Assembly: GCF_963921235.1 (NCBI RefSeq)
Contig: NC_086108.1
Location: 97,404,001-97,468,000 of the forward strand
DNA length: 64,000 bases
Reading direction: 5' to 3'
Source of the DNA: Mobula hypostoma
Lineage: Eukaryota
The first letter of the stretch is position 1. Each line of letters starts with the position of its first letter. Below the pieces are notes generated by a model. It searched no databases. It was not told where the DNA came from and saw only the letters and a list, made by a program, of their open reading frames with translations. The position numbers were made by a program, and so were the translations under genes. This document shows, one piece after another, positions 12,093-24,967 of the stretch.

Positions 12093-12665
12093 GTGGCTAT
12101 ATTTCATTAGGATTTTGAGGAGATTTGGTATCTCACCAAAGACACTTGCAAATTTCCACAGATGTGCAGTGGATAGCACTCCAACTGGCTGCGTCACCGT
12201 CTGGTATGGTGGGGCGGGTGTTACTGCTCAGGATCAAAGTAAGCTGCAGAGAGTTGTGGCATTAGCCTGCTCCATCACAGCCTCCATATTAGCCAGGTCA
12301 TCTTCAAGGAGCAGTGCTTCAGAAAGGCAGCACCCAGCATTAAAGACCTCCACCACCCTGGACGTGCCCTCTTCTCATCACTACCATCAGGGAGGAGGTG
12401 CTGGAGCCTGCAGGCTCACACTCAACGGGTCAGGAACAGCTTCTTCCCCTCTGCCATTTGATTTCTGAATGGACATTGAACCCATGAACACTGTCTCACT
12501 ACTTCTTTCATTTTCCATTTTTGGCACTACTATTTAATTTAACTAGTACATATACATACAGTAATTCACTTTTCTCTGTTTGTTATCATGTATTGTACTG
12601 CTGCCTTAAAATTAACAAATTTCACAACACATGCCGGTGATATTAAAACTGATTCTGATTCTGAT
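12093..12665 (+). mobile_element. Rex1/Babar-type LINE 3' fragment nested in the minus-strand 3' UTR of a related element
   Basis: RRFGISPKTLANFHRCAVDS..TGCVTVWYG; (CTGATT)n tail; host element halves at ~11960-12085 and 12666-13070. Confidence 0.75.
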
Positions 12666-13499
12666 TAAAGGAAAACAATAACAGAATGCAGAATAAAGTT
12701 TAACAGCTATGGAGAAAGTGTAGGGCAGGTAAACAATAAGATGCAATAGCAGAATGCGGAATATAATGTTACGGTTAGAGAGAAAGTGGAGTGCAGTTAG
12801 ACAGTAAGGTGCAAGTTCATAAAAAGGTAGATTGTGGGTTCAAGAGCTCGTCTTATTGTTCTCGGGAGTTGCTCAATAGTATGAGAACAGCAGGATAAAG
12901 TCTGTCCTTGAGTCTGGTGGTATGTGTTTTCAGGATTTTGCATCTTCTGCCTGATAGGAGAGGGGAGAAGAGAGAATGTCCGGGGTGAATGGGGTCTTTG
13001 ATTATGCTGGCTGCTTTACTGAGGCAGTGAGAGGTACAGACGGGATGCATAGAGAGGAGACTGGTTAGTGTGAATCTGGGTACTTAATGATCAGTGCTGA
13101 CTGTTGGATCTTGTCTCTGATCTGCATTTCCCCATAATGGCGTGGCCTACACACTGCTTCGACCTAAACAGTCTCTGTAGTCCGGCTTGTCATGCAGGCT
13201 AAGTCAAGTGAGGGCTGGCGAACCATGAGCTTCCCTTGCTAAAATAGGGAATGGATCTCACTGTGCCATATTGTATTGTCACCCCAGCCACAAAGGAACA
13301 GCAAAGCCACTGAATGAATCGGGAGTCTGAAATTTTGTACTCATACTCATTCAGTCTTGTGAAGACTGTCAATCATTCTATCTTTTGGGGAGTGGCAGGC
13401 TCTTAAGCGAGGCATCTGTTTCCTCCATGAACCCCACCTTCTTATTCTGGCTTCTCTCCACTTCCTTTCCAGTCCCGATGAAAGATCCTGGCCTGAAGC

Positions 13500-13990
13500 A
13501 TCAGCCAATCATGTGGCAGCAACTCAATGCATAAAAGCATGCAGACATGGTCAAGAGGTTCAGTTGTAGTTCAGGCCAAGTATCAGAATGAGGAAGAAAT
13601 GTGTTCTAGGTGACTGACCATGGAATGATTGTTGGTGCCAGATGGGGTGGTTTGAGTATCTCGGAAACTGCTGATCTCCTGAGATTTTCACGTACGACAG
13701 TCTCTAGAGTTCACAGAGAATGGTGTGAGAAACAAAGACAGGGAGGGCCAGTTCTGTGGACGAAAATACCTTATTAATGAGAGCGGTCAGAGGAGAATGG
13801 CCAGACTGGTTCAAACTGACCGGAAGAGACAGTAACTTAAGTAACCACACATTACAACAGTGGTGTGCAGAAGAGCATCTCTGAATACACCATACGTTGA
13901 ACCTTGAGGTGGATCGGTTACAGCAGCAGAAGACAGCGAACGCACACTTAGGTGCAGGATCTATCTAATAAAGTGGGCACTGAGTGTTTA
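13500..13990 (+). mobile_element. Tc1-like transposon deletion derivative
   Basis: Decayed N-terminal HTH (GMIVGARWGGLSISETADLLRFSRTTVSRVHREWCEK...GQRRMARLVQ) followed by right TIR-like CTAATAAAGTGGGCACTGAGTG; DDE domain absent. Confidence 0.85.
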
Positions 13991-15055
13991 TAGGTGGTGG
14001 GCAGAAGAGGCAGTGAATGGTTTTCCCATTGCAGTGAACTGCAGCATGGTGACCTCTGGCAATCACACAGGGTGTCACTGCCCTTGCTGATACAAACATG
14101 ATGTGCATTGGACACCCACCCAAGGCATAATTTCAAAATCTGCATTGCTGGTAAATATGGTAGCCAATGGAAAGGATAATAACAGATTTCAGGAAGACAC
14201 AGACAGATTGATGAAATGGGCAAACACATGGCAGATGAAATTTACTGCCGAGATGTGTGAAATGATTCACTTTGGTAGGAGGATGAGAGGGTGTATAAAC
14301 TAAATGCCATAGTTTTAAAAGGGCAGCAACAGAGAAATCTGGGGTTGTGTGTGCATGTGGCAGATAAGTTGAGACGGCTGTTACAAGGCAGACCATATTC
14401 TCTGTTTTATATAAGGAAGCATAGGGTGAAAAGGTAGGAAGGAAAACCTTGACCTTCGTAAACGCAGAGTGACACACACACACAATGCTGAAAGGACACA
14501 GCAGGTCATGCAGCATCTATAGTGAGGAATAAAGAGCCAATGTTTTGGGCCAAGACTCTTCATAAAATAGCTGTCGGCATATGTAGGCACGATATTTTAA
14601 GGTTGTCAGCCTGTTTGTGTGGATGCAGAGGCTGGGACCAGGGATAACCAATGTCAGTTATATGTAGAGACTGGAGAAACTGAGATAACTCCCCAGCAGA
14701 AAGGCTTATGTACAAATGACAGAGTGACTCAGATGGTAGTTCAATGTCCAGTTAAAAGCAACTTGCCTAATTTGTTGTATGTTTTGTCTGTCTCTAGCTA
14801 GTTTCAGGAAAACAACATCTGGCTGCCGGGATCATTTTTGAAGTTGTTGTATGTTCAAGGTAGACAGAACCTGAGCTCACCGCTGAAACATAGGACCATT
14901 TGTAATGGGATAATCAGTATTAATTAGCCTCTTATAATTACCTTCCCAGCACCAAAAATGAACATTCCCATTGTGTAATCTCATTTCCCCAACTGTCAAC
15001 TTTGTTGGCGATTTAAAGATATAAAATATAAAATATAAATATAAAATATAAAATA

Positions 15056-16768
15056 GGGAAGACACAAACAATCTCCCAGATGTAATAGTGGCCAAAGGAC
15101 CTAGGGTAATGGGTGAAATGAAGGAAATTTATATTAGGCAGGAAATGGTGTTGGATAGACTGTTGGGTCTGAAGGCTGATAAGTCCCCGGGACCTGATGG
15201 TCTGCATCCCAGGGTACTCAAAGAGGAGCCTTTAGAAATCGTGGATGCATTGGTATTCATTTTCCAATGTTCTATAGATTCAGGATCAGTTTCTGTGGAT
15301 TGGAGGGTGGCTAATGTTGTCCCTCTCTTCAAGAAGGGAGGAAGAGAGAAAACAAGGAATTATAGACCGGTTAGCCTGACGTCAGTGGTGGGAAAGATGC
15401 TGGAGTCAATTATAAAAGATGAAATTACGACACATCTGGATAGCAGTAACAGGATTGGTCCAAGACAGCATGGATTTACGAAGGGGAAATCATGCTTGAC
15501 TAATCTTCTGGAATTTTTTGAGGATGTAGCTATGAAAATGGACAAGGGAGAGCCAGTGGATATAGTGTACCTGGACTTTCAGAAAGTCTTTGATAAAGTC
15601 CCACAGAGGAGATTAGTGGGCAAAATTAGGGCACATGGTATTGGGGGCAGAGTACTGACACGGATTGAAAATTGGCTGGCTGACAGAAAACAAAGAGTAG
15701 CGATTAACGGGTCCCTTTCGGAATGGCAGGCGGTGACCAGTGGGGTACCGCAGATTTCAGTGCTGGGACCACAGCTGTTTACTATATATATTAATGATTT
15801 AGATGAGGGAATTAAAAGTACCATTAGCAAATTTGCCAATGACACAAAGCTGGGTGGCAGTGTGAAATGTGAGGAGGACGTTATGAGAATGCAGGGTGAC
15901 TTGGACAGGCTGGGTGAGTGGGCAGATGCATGGCAGATGCAGTCTAATGTGGATAAATGTGAGGTTATCCACTTTGGTGGTAAGAACAGGAAGGCAGATT
16001 ATTATCTAAATGGAGTCAAGTTAGGAAAAGGGGAAGCACAACGAGATCTAGGTGTTCTTGTACATCAGTCACTGAAAGCAAGCATGCAAGTACAGCAGGC
16101 AGTGATGAAATCTAATGGCATGCTGGCCTTCATAACAAGGGGAATTGAGTATAAGAGCAAAGAGGTCCTTCTGCAGCTGTACAGGGCCCTGGTGAGACCA
16201 CACCTGGAGTACTGTGTGCAGTTTTGGTCTCCAAATTTGAGGAAGGACATTCTTGCTATTGAGGGAGTGCAGCATAGGTTCACAAGGTTAATTCCCGGGA
16301 TGGCGGGACTGTCATATGTTGAAAGATTGGAGCAACTGGGCTTGTATACTCTGGAATTTAGAAGGCTGAGAGGGGATCCTATTGAAACATATAAGATTTT
16401 TAAGGGATTGGACACACTGCAGGCAGGAAGCATGTTCCGGCTAATGGGTGAGTCCAGAACCAGAGGCCACAGTTTAAGAATGAGGGGTAGGCCAATTAGA
16501 ACGGAGTTGAGGAAAAACATTTTCACCAAGAGAGTGGTGGCTATATGGAATGCTCTGCCCCAGAAGACTGTGGAGGCCAAGTCTCTGGATGCTTTCAAGA
16601 AAGAGATGGATAGAGCTCTTAAAGATAGCGGAATCAAAGGTTATGGGGATAAGGCAGGAACTGGATACTGATAGTGGATTATCAGCCATGATCACAGTGA
16701 ATGGCGGTGCTGGCTCGAAGGGCCGAATGGCCTACTCCTGAACCTATTGTCTATTGTCTATTGTCTAT
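15056..16768 (+). mobile_element. 5'-truncated CR1 (second subfamily) with open RT frame and (CTATTGT)n tail
   Basis: 527-aa ORF 15088-16671 with KSPGPDG, NYRPVSLTS, YLDFQKVFDKV and FANDTKL (FADD mutated to FAND); heptamer tail. Confidence 0.95.
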
Positions 16769-17907
16769 TATATTTTGGAATTATTTTTTATTTTCTTCAA
16801 GCTCAAGTTTATTGTCATTCAGCCATACACGTGTATATAGCTAAATGAAACATTGGTCCTCTGGGGCCAGGGCGCAAAACACAGGAGGGGACATATAGCA
16901 ACCCATCGAAGTATCCACAGTGGGCCATGCTGACTGCCTTTTACAAAACCTCCCTTTGGAAAGCGTTCTTGGGGTGAGTAAAGCAAAAACTTCACATCAT
17001 CTTAAAAGTTTCTTCCCCCAGGCAAATAATCTGATCAACGATTCTAGTTAGTTCCCTCATCCTCCTCCATCTATTATTGCAGTGTAAACACATTAAACCA
17101 CTTTTCATAATGGTACTTACTTTGTAAGTACATGAGGGTATTTATGCACATTCCAATCCATTATCAAGTTTATTCTAAGTTTATTTTTATGTAATTCTTT
17201 ATTCTTATATTTGCTGAATGCTGTTGTTTATTATTACATATCGCACCCACACATCGCAGCAAATTCCTAACACATGTAAATGTCTATGGTGAATAAAGCT
17301 GATCTCTGATTCTCACCAGGTACATCAAGGTTCACCTCCCATTGTTTTGTTTTGTCCCAATCTGTTCTACCGGAATCGAATTCTGTCGCTTTTTTGGACG
17401 TGGGAGGAAACCAGAGGACCAGAGATGCTTCAGTGTCCCCACGGATCCCAAATCTACCTGGCTTGTTTAATTACCCACTGCACATTCCCCCAAGGTACAG
17501 TACATTGAACCCAGGCTGCGGGAGCTGCGTGGCAGCAGTTCCACTAACTGTGCCACCGTGCATGTGAAGGTCCTTTATCATTCACGGTATTCCTTATGTC
17601 CACAGGAGTTCATACAACCCTCAGGGGTGGGTTGAAGTGAAAATGGAGAGAATAAAAGGAAAATGGGATAGGATTAGTGTGAGTGGGTGGATAGTGGTTG
17701 GTAAGGACTTGGCAGGCCAGAAGGCCTGTTCCTGTGCTGTGTCTCCTTCTATGATTCCATTCAGTGAAGGCTCCAGGAACACTATCAATGAACGTAAATG
17801 ACGATGGACTTCAGGCAGATCTGTGATGCTAGCAATTCTACAGTTGTTGAATATCTTGAGCAGTACACATACAAATGGCCTGATTCTGCTCCCATATATT
17901 TTGGTCT

Positions 17908-18042
17908 TAAAATGCTGGAGAACTCAGCATGTCAAGCAGGATCTATGGAAATGAACAGATGCTGTGTCAGGCCAAGACCCTTCATCATCCCCCTCATAGA
18001 TGCTGCCTGGCCTGCTGAGTTCCTCCAGCGTTTTGTGTGTGC
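17908..18042. mobile_element. PLE-derived fold-back mini-element, decayed
   Basis: AAAATGCTGGAGAACTCAGCA...ATCTATGG is inverted to CATAGATGCTGCCTGGCCTGCTGAGTTCCTCCAGCGTTTT, with a decayed hammerhead between. Confidence 0.7.
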
Positions 18043-19084
18043 TCCCGTGTTTGGGCTTTAAGGAAAAGGCATCAGTTGTGTTGTAATCACTGATACAGTC
18101 AAACGTCAAGTTTATTGTCATGTGCACAAATTCATGTATGTACAGATGCAGTGTAAAACCTACTTCTAGCAGCATGACAGGCACATAGCAACAGATACAC
18201 AAGAAACACATAAATGAAACATACATCATACACAATTTTTACAAGAAAGAAAACAATTAGAACAGAAAATTCAGCATCCATTGTGGCGAAATGTGGTCAG
18301 TGCATTGCTAGATTGAGGTTGTGATTAGGGGGTTGTGCTGCTTGTTTCAAGAGCTGAATGGTTGAATGAAAGTACTTGTTCTGGAACATGGTAAAAGTCA
18401 ATCATTCTAACATTATGGAACTGAAACAAGAAGATGGATCAAGCCTTGACAGAAAAGAAGAAGGTTAGTGTGCAGCAGTTCTTAATTAGAAGAATACTTT
18501 CAACCAGACACAGGCTCTGAGGCGTACAATTAGCATAGCCTTAATGCCAGGTATAGTAAAGAGAAGGTGGAAACATTTGTCGGGAACTTTATGTCAAGCA
18601 GCTGGTGGGACAGTTGAAATACTCTGAGTGGCAGAATAGCTACAGGTGAAGGCGTTGTATGCCCGAGAGGTAAATGTTGAGAATTCTGAGGGCATTTTAG
18701 AACAAGGGAAATATGAAGTGATATGAGTACTATGTAGTTGAGTTAGAAAGGGGAACGATTATGATTTAGGGAGGTGGCAACATGCCAACATGATAACGCT
18801 GAAGTCTATCTAGGTGTTATATTACTTACACTCTTCATATCTTCTTATGGCACAGAGACGACCCATTATGTTCAATGAGACTGTGCCAGCTCTCAAAGCA
18901 ATCCCATCAATCCCATCCCCCCACTTGTAACCTATTCTCTCTTTCTTCTCCATTAGCACTCTTCCCCTCATTTTCCTACGACCCAACTATGCTTGAGGTA
19001 AGTTAGAGAAACCAATTCACCTACCAGCCAGCACACCTTTTGGGTTTGGGAGGAAACTGGAGCATATGGAGGTCACCCAAACTG

Positions 19085-19840
19085 TTCCTTGGTATGATTG
19101 TCACCAATGACCTGCCCTGGTCCAGGCATATTGATGTGACTATTTGAAGCATTGACTAGGTGTTGTACGGTTTATTATTGTGAATAATTAATTTTGATAT
19201 ATAAAACACATAATGTCATGGCCAGGAAAGCTCACCAATGCCTTCTTTTTACCTTAGGAGGCTAAAGAAACTTGGCATGGCCTTGCTGACTCTTACCAAT
19301 TTTGATTGATGCACCATAAAAGCATCCTGTCTGGATGTATCAGGGCTTGGTATTGAAATTTCTCTGCATGTGACAGCAAGGAACTGCAGCTAGTTGTGGA
19401 CACAGCCCAGTCCATCACAGGGACCAGCCCTCTCTCTATACACTCTGTCTATACTCTAATGCCTCGGTAAAGCAGCCAGTGCAATCAAAGATCCCAGCCA
19501 CCTTGGACATCCTCTTTCCTCCCTTTCCCATGAGGCAGAAGATCCAAAAGACTGAAAGCACATACCACCAGGCTCAAGGACAGCTTCTGTCCCACTGTTA
19601 ATAGATTCCTGAATGGACCGCCTGTATGATAAGATGGACTCTTGACCTCACAATCTACCTTGTTAAGATCTTACACTTTATCATTTACCTGCACTGCACT
19701 TTTTTGGTAACTTTTACACTTTATTCTGCTTTGTTATTGTTTTAGCTTGTTCTAGCTCAAAGCGCTGTGCAATAATTTGATCTGTATGCAAGACAAGCTT
19801 TTTATTGTACCTTGACACACATGACAGCCATAAACTAAAC
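19085..19840 (+). mobile_element. Old Rex1/Babar-type LINE 3' fragment
   Basis: Decayed LRRLKKLGM..., KAASAIKDPSH..., TTRLKDSF; 3' UTR is shared with other copies in the window. Confidence 0.65.
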
Positions 19841-20939
19841 TAACTGGGAGAACGTGAAAGCTGCACACAGACAGCACAAGGGGTCAAGATTCGAACCAAG
19901 TAGCTCGAGCTGTGAGATAGCCATACGACATATTGGCTACTGTGCCCTCCATGTCTCAGATTGCAACGGGATAACTTCAAATTGCAGCTCAGTGTAATAT
20001 TGCTTTGGAATATTGAACACAGGAAGCAACGTGAAGACGAAGAGGAGCCGTCAAACTGGGTTGCCAGTGCCACCAGATAGCTATTGGTTACTTACAGCTT
20101 TTTTTTTACAGTGCCTTATACTAACGTTGCTTCTCTCAGTTCTGAGAGACTCTTTTCTCCTTTCCTTTCCTTAAAGCCCTACCACAGATGTGGAAGGGCA
20201 CAGCCACAAAGGTATTACTTCATCATTGGATGTGATTCTGCTGAACTATAAATGCAACTTTCTCTTTCCATAGATGCTGCCTGTCCTGTGGAGTGATTTT
20301 GTTTTTGTTTCGGAACTTCTGTCTCTGCAGCTGTTTGCTTTTCATTTCCTGTCACTTTTCATGATTTCTCTCGGGGAATTGTCACTGACTGTTCATGGAG
20401 GCAGCTAAGGAGAAATGAGGCCTTCTCAGGCAGGCTGTGTCTCACAAAGTCTTCACCACTGAGGATAAATTGGTCCATCCGGACTACCTCTTCCATTAGA
20501 TTTTGTTCTAAATTTCAGATAACTGACCTGAAGAAAAGAAATAGAAATCCCCATTACTTGTAAGCCCTATTCTTGATGAGTGTTCTCCTGTATTGAACTT
20601 TTACATATGCCTTCTGAAAATGTAATTACGCCCCATCCACCAGCACCACCTTATTTATCCCATTAATCCCCATCCTCAAAGAACAGTATATTAATCAGGT
20701 TTAATTTATCCTTTCATAAATCCATGTTGCCTTTACTCAACCCTATTCTTCTTTTCAAGGCGTTATGTTATTTCATCTTTAATCACTGGTTCCTTCTTTT
20801 CCACAGAGGTTAACATATAAGTAATTCCCTGCAATCCTCTCTCTGTCTTTTATGAAATCATAGGGTTACATTTCCTGTCCTTCAATCTACAGGGACAATT
20901 CCAGAAACCAGAGCAGTCACCGTCTCTAAAGGCCCGTTT

Positions 20940-21308
20940 GTTCATTATGTGCCTCAGGCAATCATGGCCATTCCATGACCGTGATTGTTCTTGGCAAACT
21001 TTTCTACAGAAGTGATTTGCCATTGCCTTCTTCTGGGCGGTGTCCTTACAAGATGGCTGACCCCAGCCATCATTACTCTGCAGAGATTGTCTGCCTGGCG
21101 TCAGTGGTTGCATAACCAAGACTTGTAATATGTACCAGCTGCTCATAGGACCATCCACCACCTGCTCCCATGTCTGATCGGTGGGGGTGAGGGGAGTAAG
21201 GGGGCTAAGCGGGTGCTACACCTTGTCCAAGGGTGGCCTGCAGGCTAGCAGAGGGAAGGAATACCTTCCACCTTCTTTGGTAGAAGCGTATCTCCACGCC
21301 ACCACCCA
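20940..21308 (-). mobile_element. SINE-like repeat with RTE-type 3' end (sister copy 24318-24650, + strand)
   Basis: Two copies in the window; tail AGAAGGCAATGG(C)AAA(T/C)CAC...AGAAAA resembles RTE/BovA-type 3' ends. Confidence 0.6.
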
Positions 21309-21828
21309 TCTAAAGGCACCTTGTACAAAACGCCATGATGCAGATCATTGAGCCCTTGATATTTCAATGACTTTCAATGACCGATGGCCGCCACGGTAGT
21401 GCAGCGGTTAGTGTGACACTATTACAACTCAGGGAATCGGAGCTCAGAGTTCAATTCTGACGCAATCTATAAAGAGTTTGTACGTCATTTCCATGAACGA
21501 GTGAGTTTCCTTCCACATTCCGAAAGACATATCGGTTAGTCGGTTAATTGTTCATTGTAAGTTGTCCTGTGATTAGGCTGGGGTTTAAATTGGGTGGTGG
21601 GGTGGAGATACTCCTTGCAGGAAATCAAATCTGAAGGTTGAATACAGTATACAGTATATACTTTGATAATAAATAAACTTTGAACTTGAACTTTGAAAAT
21701 AGTCTGAGCCAAATAATATTTTGGATATCTTTCATGACAAGCACAATGTATGCTATATCGAGAATCACAGAACACTACAAAGTTCAAAGTGAATTTACTA
21801 TCGAAGTACATATACATCAGCATATATA

Positions 21829-22117
21829 GGCATCCGTTAGTCTCATGAGATTTGCGCCTTGGAAGGTTTCCAGGGCACAGGCCTGGGCAAGGTTGTATGG
21901 AAGACCAGCAGTTGCCCATGCTGCAAGTCTCCCCTCTCCACGCCACCGATGTTGTCCAAGGGAAGGGCATTAGGACCCATACAGCTTGGCACCAGTGTCG
22001 TCGCAGAGCAATGTATGGTTAAGTGCCTTGCTCAAGGACACAACACACTGCCTCAGCCAAGGCTCGAACTAGCGACCTTCAAATCACTAGACGAATGCCT
22101 TCACCACTTGGCCAACG
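21829..22117 (-). mobile_element. tRNA-derived CORE-like SINE
   Basis: Reverse complement of 38303-38608; A/B boxes (TGGCCAAGTGG, GTTCGAGCC) and MIR-core-like GTGTCCTTGAGCAAGGCACTTAACC. Confidence 0.8.
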
Positions 22118-23954
22118 GATTCATTTTCTTGTGGGCATATTCAGTAAATCTATAATAGAATAATAGCCATAATAGAATCAGTGAAAGAACGAACCAACTT
22201 GGATGGTCAACAATGTGAAGAAGATGACAAACTGTGCAAATACAAAAAGAAAAAAATATAATAAGAAGAAATAAATAAGCGATACATATCAAGAACATGA
22301 GATGAAGAGTTCTTGAAAAGGAACCCACAGGTTGTGGGAACATTTCAATGATGGGCAACACATACCAGAAACAGGCCTTTCAGCCCATCTAGTTTGTACC
22401 AAAGTATTAATCTGTATTAATCTGCCTAGTCCCATCAAACTGCACCTGGATCATAGCCGTCTATAGCCATCCAAAGTTCTCTTAAATGTTGAAATCAAAC
22501 CCAAATCCACCACTTGCGCTGTCAGCTCATTCCACGCACTTACCACCATCTGAGTGAAGAAGCTCCCTCTTGTGTTCCCTTTAAACATTTCACATTTTAT
22601 CCTTGACCCACGACTTCCAGTTCTAGTCTCGTCCAACCTCAGTGGAAAAAGCCTGCTTGCAATTACCTTGTCTGTACTCCTCATAATTTTGTGTACCTCT
22701 ATTAAATCTCTCCTACGTCCTAAAGAATGAAGTCCTAACCTGCTCAACCTTTCCCTATAAATCAGGTCCTCAAGCCCTGGCAACATCTCCTTCATTTCCT
22801 TTGGATTCTTTTGTGATGGAAAGGGTTTGATAGCATGACTGAGAAAAAGCTGTCTGCATAGGCAATTGAAATACCATTTTGAGAAACTGTACAGGTAAAT
22901 GGAACTTATCTTTTATATGATGTATTGTTTTGATTCAATTTTAACTCTCAAAAGGGAACTGAAAAAATCCTTAAAATGGAGAAACAGGGTAATGGTGAAG
23001 TTGGACTAATTGGCGAGCTGTTTCAAAGAGCTGGCACAGATATGATGGGCTGAATGGTTTCTTGCTGAACTGTGCATGTCCAAGTACCTCTTTTAGTTTC
23101 CAAATACCTATCTATCAAGTCTACAGCTATGACATCTGTTAAACGTGCTTTCAACTTGTTGCTTCACTTCCTGTACTGGCTGTGTGAACTATAAATTTTG
23201 TATCATTCCATGGCCTCAATTTCTGATTCTTCCCACACTTTCCTTCTCCTCCTTTCTAATAGTTATTCCCTTCAAATCCCCCAGGCTTTCTTCCTCCATC
23301 TCTCGTTTCCATTTTTGAAGTTCACTCTCTCCCCGCCCCCTTCTCTCTCTCCCTCTCTTCCTCCTTCTCCCTCTCCCTTTCTCCATCTCTCCCTCCTTCC
23401 CTCTCTGTCTCTGCCCCATTTCTCCCAAAGGCCCTCTCCTTCACTGGCACAGCTTGTTCCCTGTTGGATTTCCACTACCCTGCTTCCCACCATGCTTCTG
23501 GCTACCTTTTATTATCCTCAAGAACACATGAAGACTACCCAGAGAAGCAAATACTATCTAATTAGAAAATAAATCCCAGCCATTTCAAAATTGCTCCACG
23601 GTGACATTCTCCTAATTACTCCGCCAAGCCATCTGCTGCCCCATCTCCTTCAAACTCAAAAAACAACCTGAAGCATAAACAAAGATTATTTAATTTTTTA
23701 ATCTAAATGCTCGACTGCTTTCAAACTTAAACAGCAATTAATATTTCTGGGCTAACACCGAATCAAATGCTGTGTTTGCCTTTGCCTTTAACCTCAAAGA
23801 CAACAGAAGTGTAAAGATTTTAATAATCCCAGACATTTTAAAACATGTTATCTGTTTATTGCAAGCAATAAATTTAAGAGTAAATAAAACCACAAATAAA
23901 AATCTGAAGTAACAGCAGAAAATGCTAGAAACACTCAGCAGGTCAAGCAGCATC

Positions 23955-24112
23955 TGTGGAGAGGGAGTGAGGGAGGGAGGGGGAGAGAGAGGAGAGATGG
24001 GGAGAGGGGTGAGAGAGGGGGAGGGGGGAGAGAGAGGGGAGAGAGATGGGGAGAGGGGAGAGGGAGGGGGAGATGGGGAGAGAGAAAGTGGAGAGAGAGA
24101 GATGGGGAGATG

Positions 24113-24163
<51 letters not shown>
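23955..24163. repeat. Near-pure polypurine (G/A) tract ending in (GA)n
   Basis: Read directly; lies inside a PLE-derived mini-element (~23905-24285). Confidence 0.95.
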
Positions 24164-24164
<1 letters not shown>

Positions 24165-24807
24165 ATGTTCAGATCCAAGGCTCTTTGTTAGAATGGGCAC
24201 TCTTCCAGCTCTGAATAAGGAATAAGGGATTTGGACCTGAAAAGTCTGACGTGACAAACGTCCGTAGCATTTTCTGATTTTATTATTCTGATCTTACTAT
24301 TGATTTATGGGGGGGGCTGGGTGGAGATAAGTCTCTACCAAAGAAAGTGTAAGGCGCTCGTTCCCTCCGTTAGCCTGGGAAAGGTGTAGCATCTGCTTAG
24401 CGCCCTCCTCCCACACCCCGAACAGGGTCATGTGAAGCCACGGGAACAGGTGGTGGATGGTCACATCAGCAGCTGGTGCATGTCAAGAGTCCTGTTTACG
24501 TGACCACTGACGCCAGGCGGACAATCTCTGAAGAGTATTGATAATGGCTGGAGTCATCCATCGCGTAAAGACACTGCCCAGAAGAAGGCAATGGAAAACC
24601 ACGTCTATAGAAAAATCATGGCCACGCCTACATCATACAACAATGTACAGAATGAATGAGCTATTGATTTATATACATTTTTCATATTGGTTGATTTATC
24701 TATCGAGGTTTTTTACTGTCTCAGGGTTACTTTCAGATTTTCAGGCGTGGAGGTTTGGTGTGTTGCCCTATTCATGTCACTGAGAGTCAGACTACTCAGG
24801 TTCCAAT

Positions 24808-24967
24808 CACAAACAAGAGAAAGCCTGCAGATGCTGGAAATCCAAGCAACATGCACAAGACGCTGGAGGAATGCTAGCCCTGCGAAAGGGTCTTGTCCCG
24901 AAACAGCAACTGTACTTTTTTCCGTAGATGTTGCCTGGCCTGCTGAGTTCCTCCAGCATTCTGTGTG
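24808..24967. mobile_element. PLE-derived fold-back mini-element, decayed
   Basis: Same architecture as 32937-33135; decayed hammerhead CCTGCGAAAGGGTCTTGTCCCGAAACAGCAAC. Confidence 0.75.

Noticed and set aside
23198..24257. Pro/Ser/Leu-rich and Glu/Arg/Gly-rich ORFs
   Set aside because: They arise from low-complexity CT and GA tracts.
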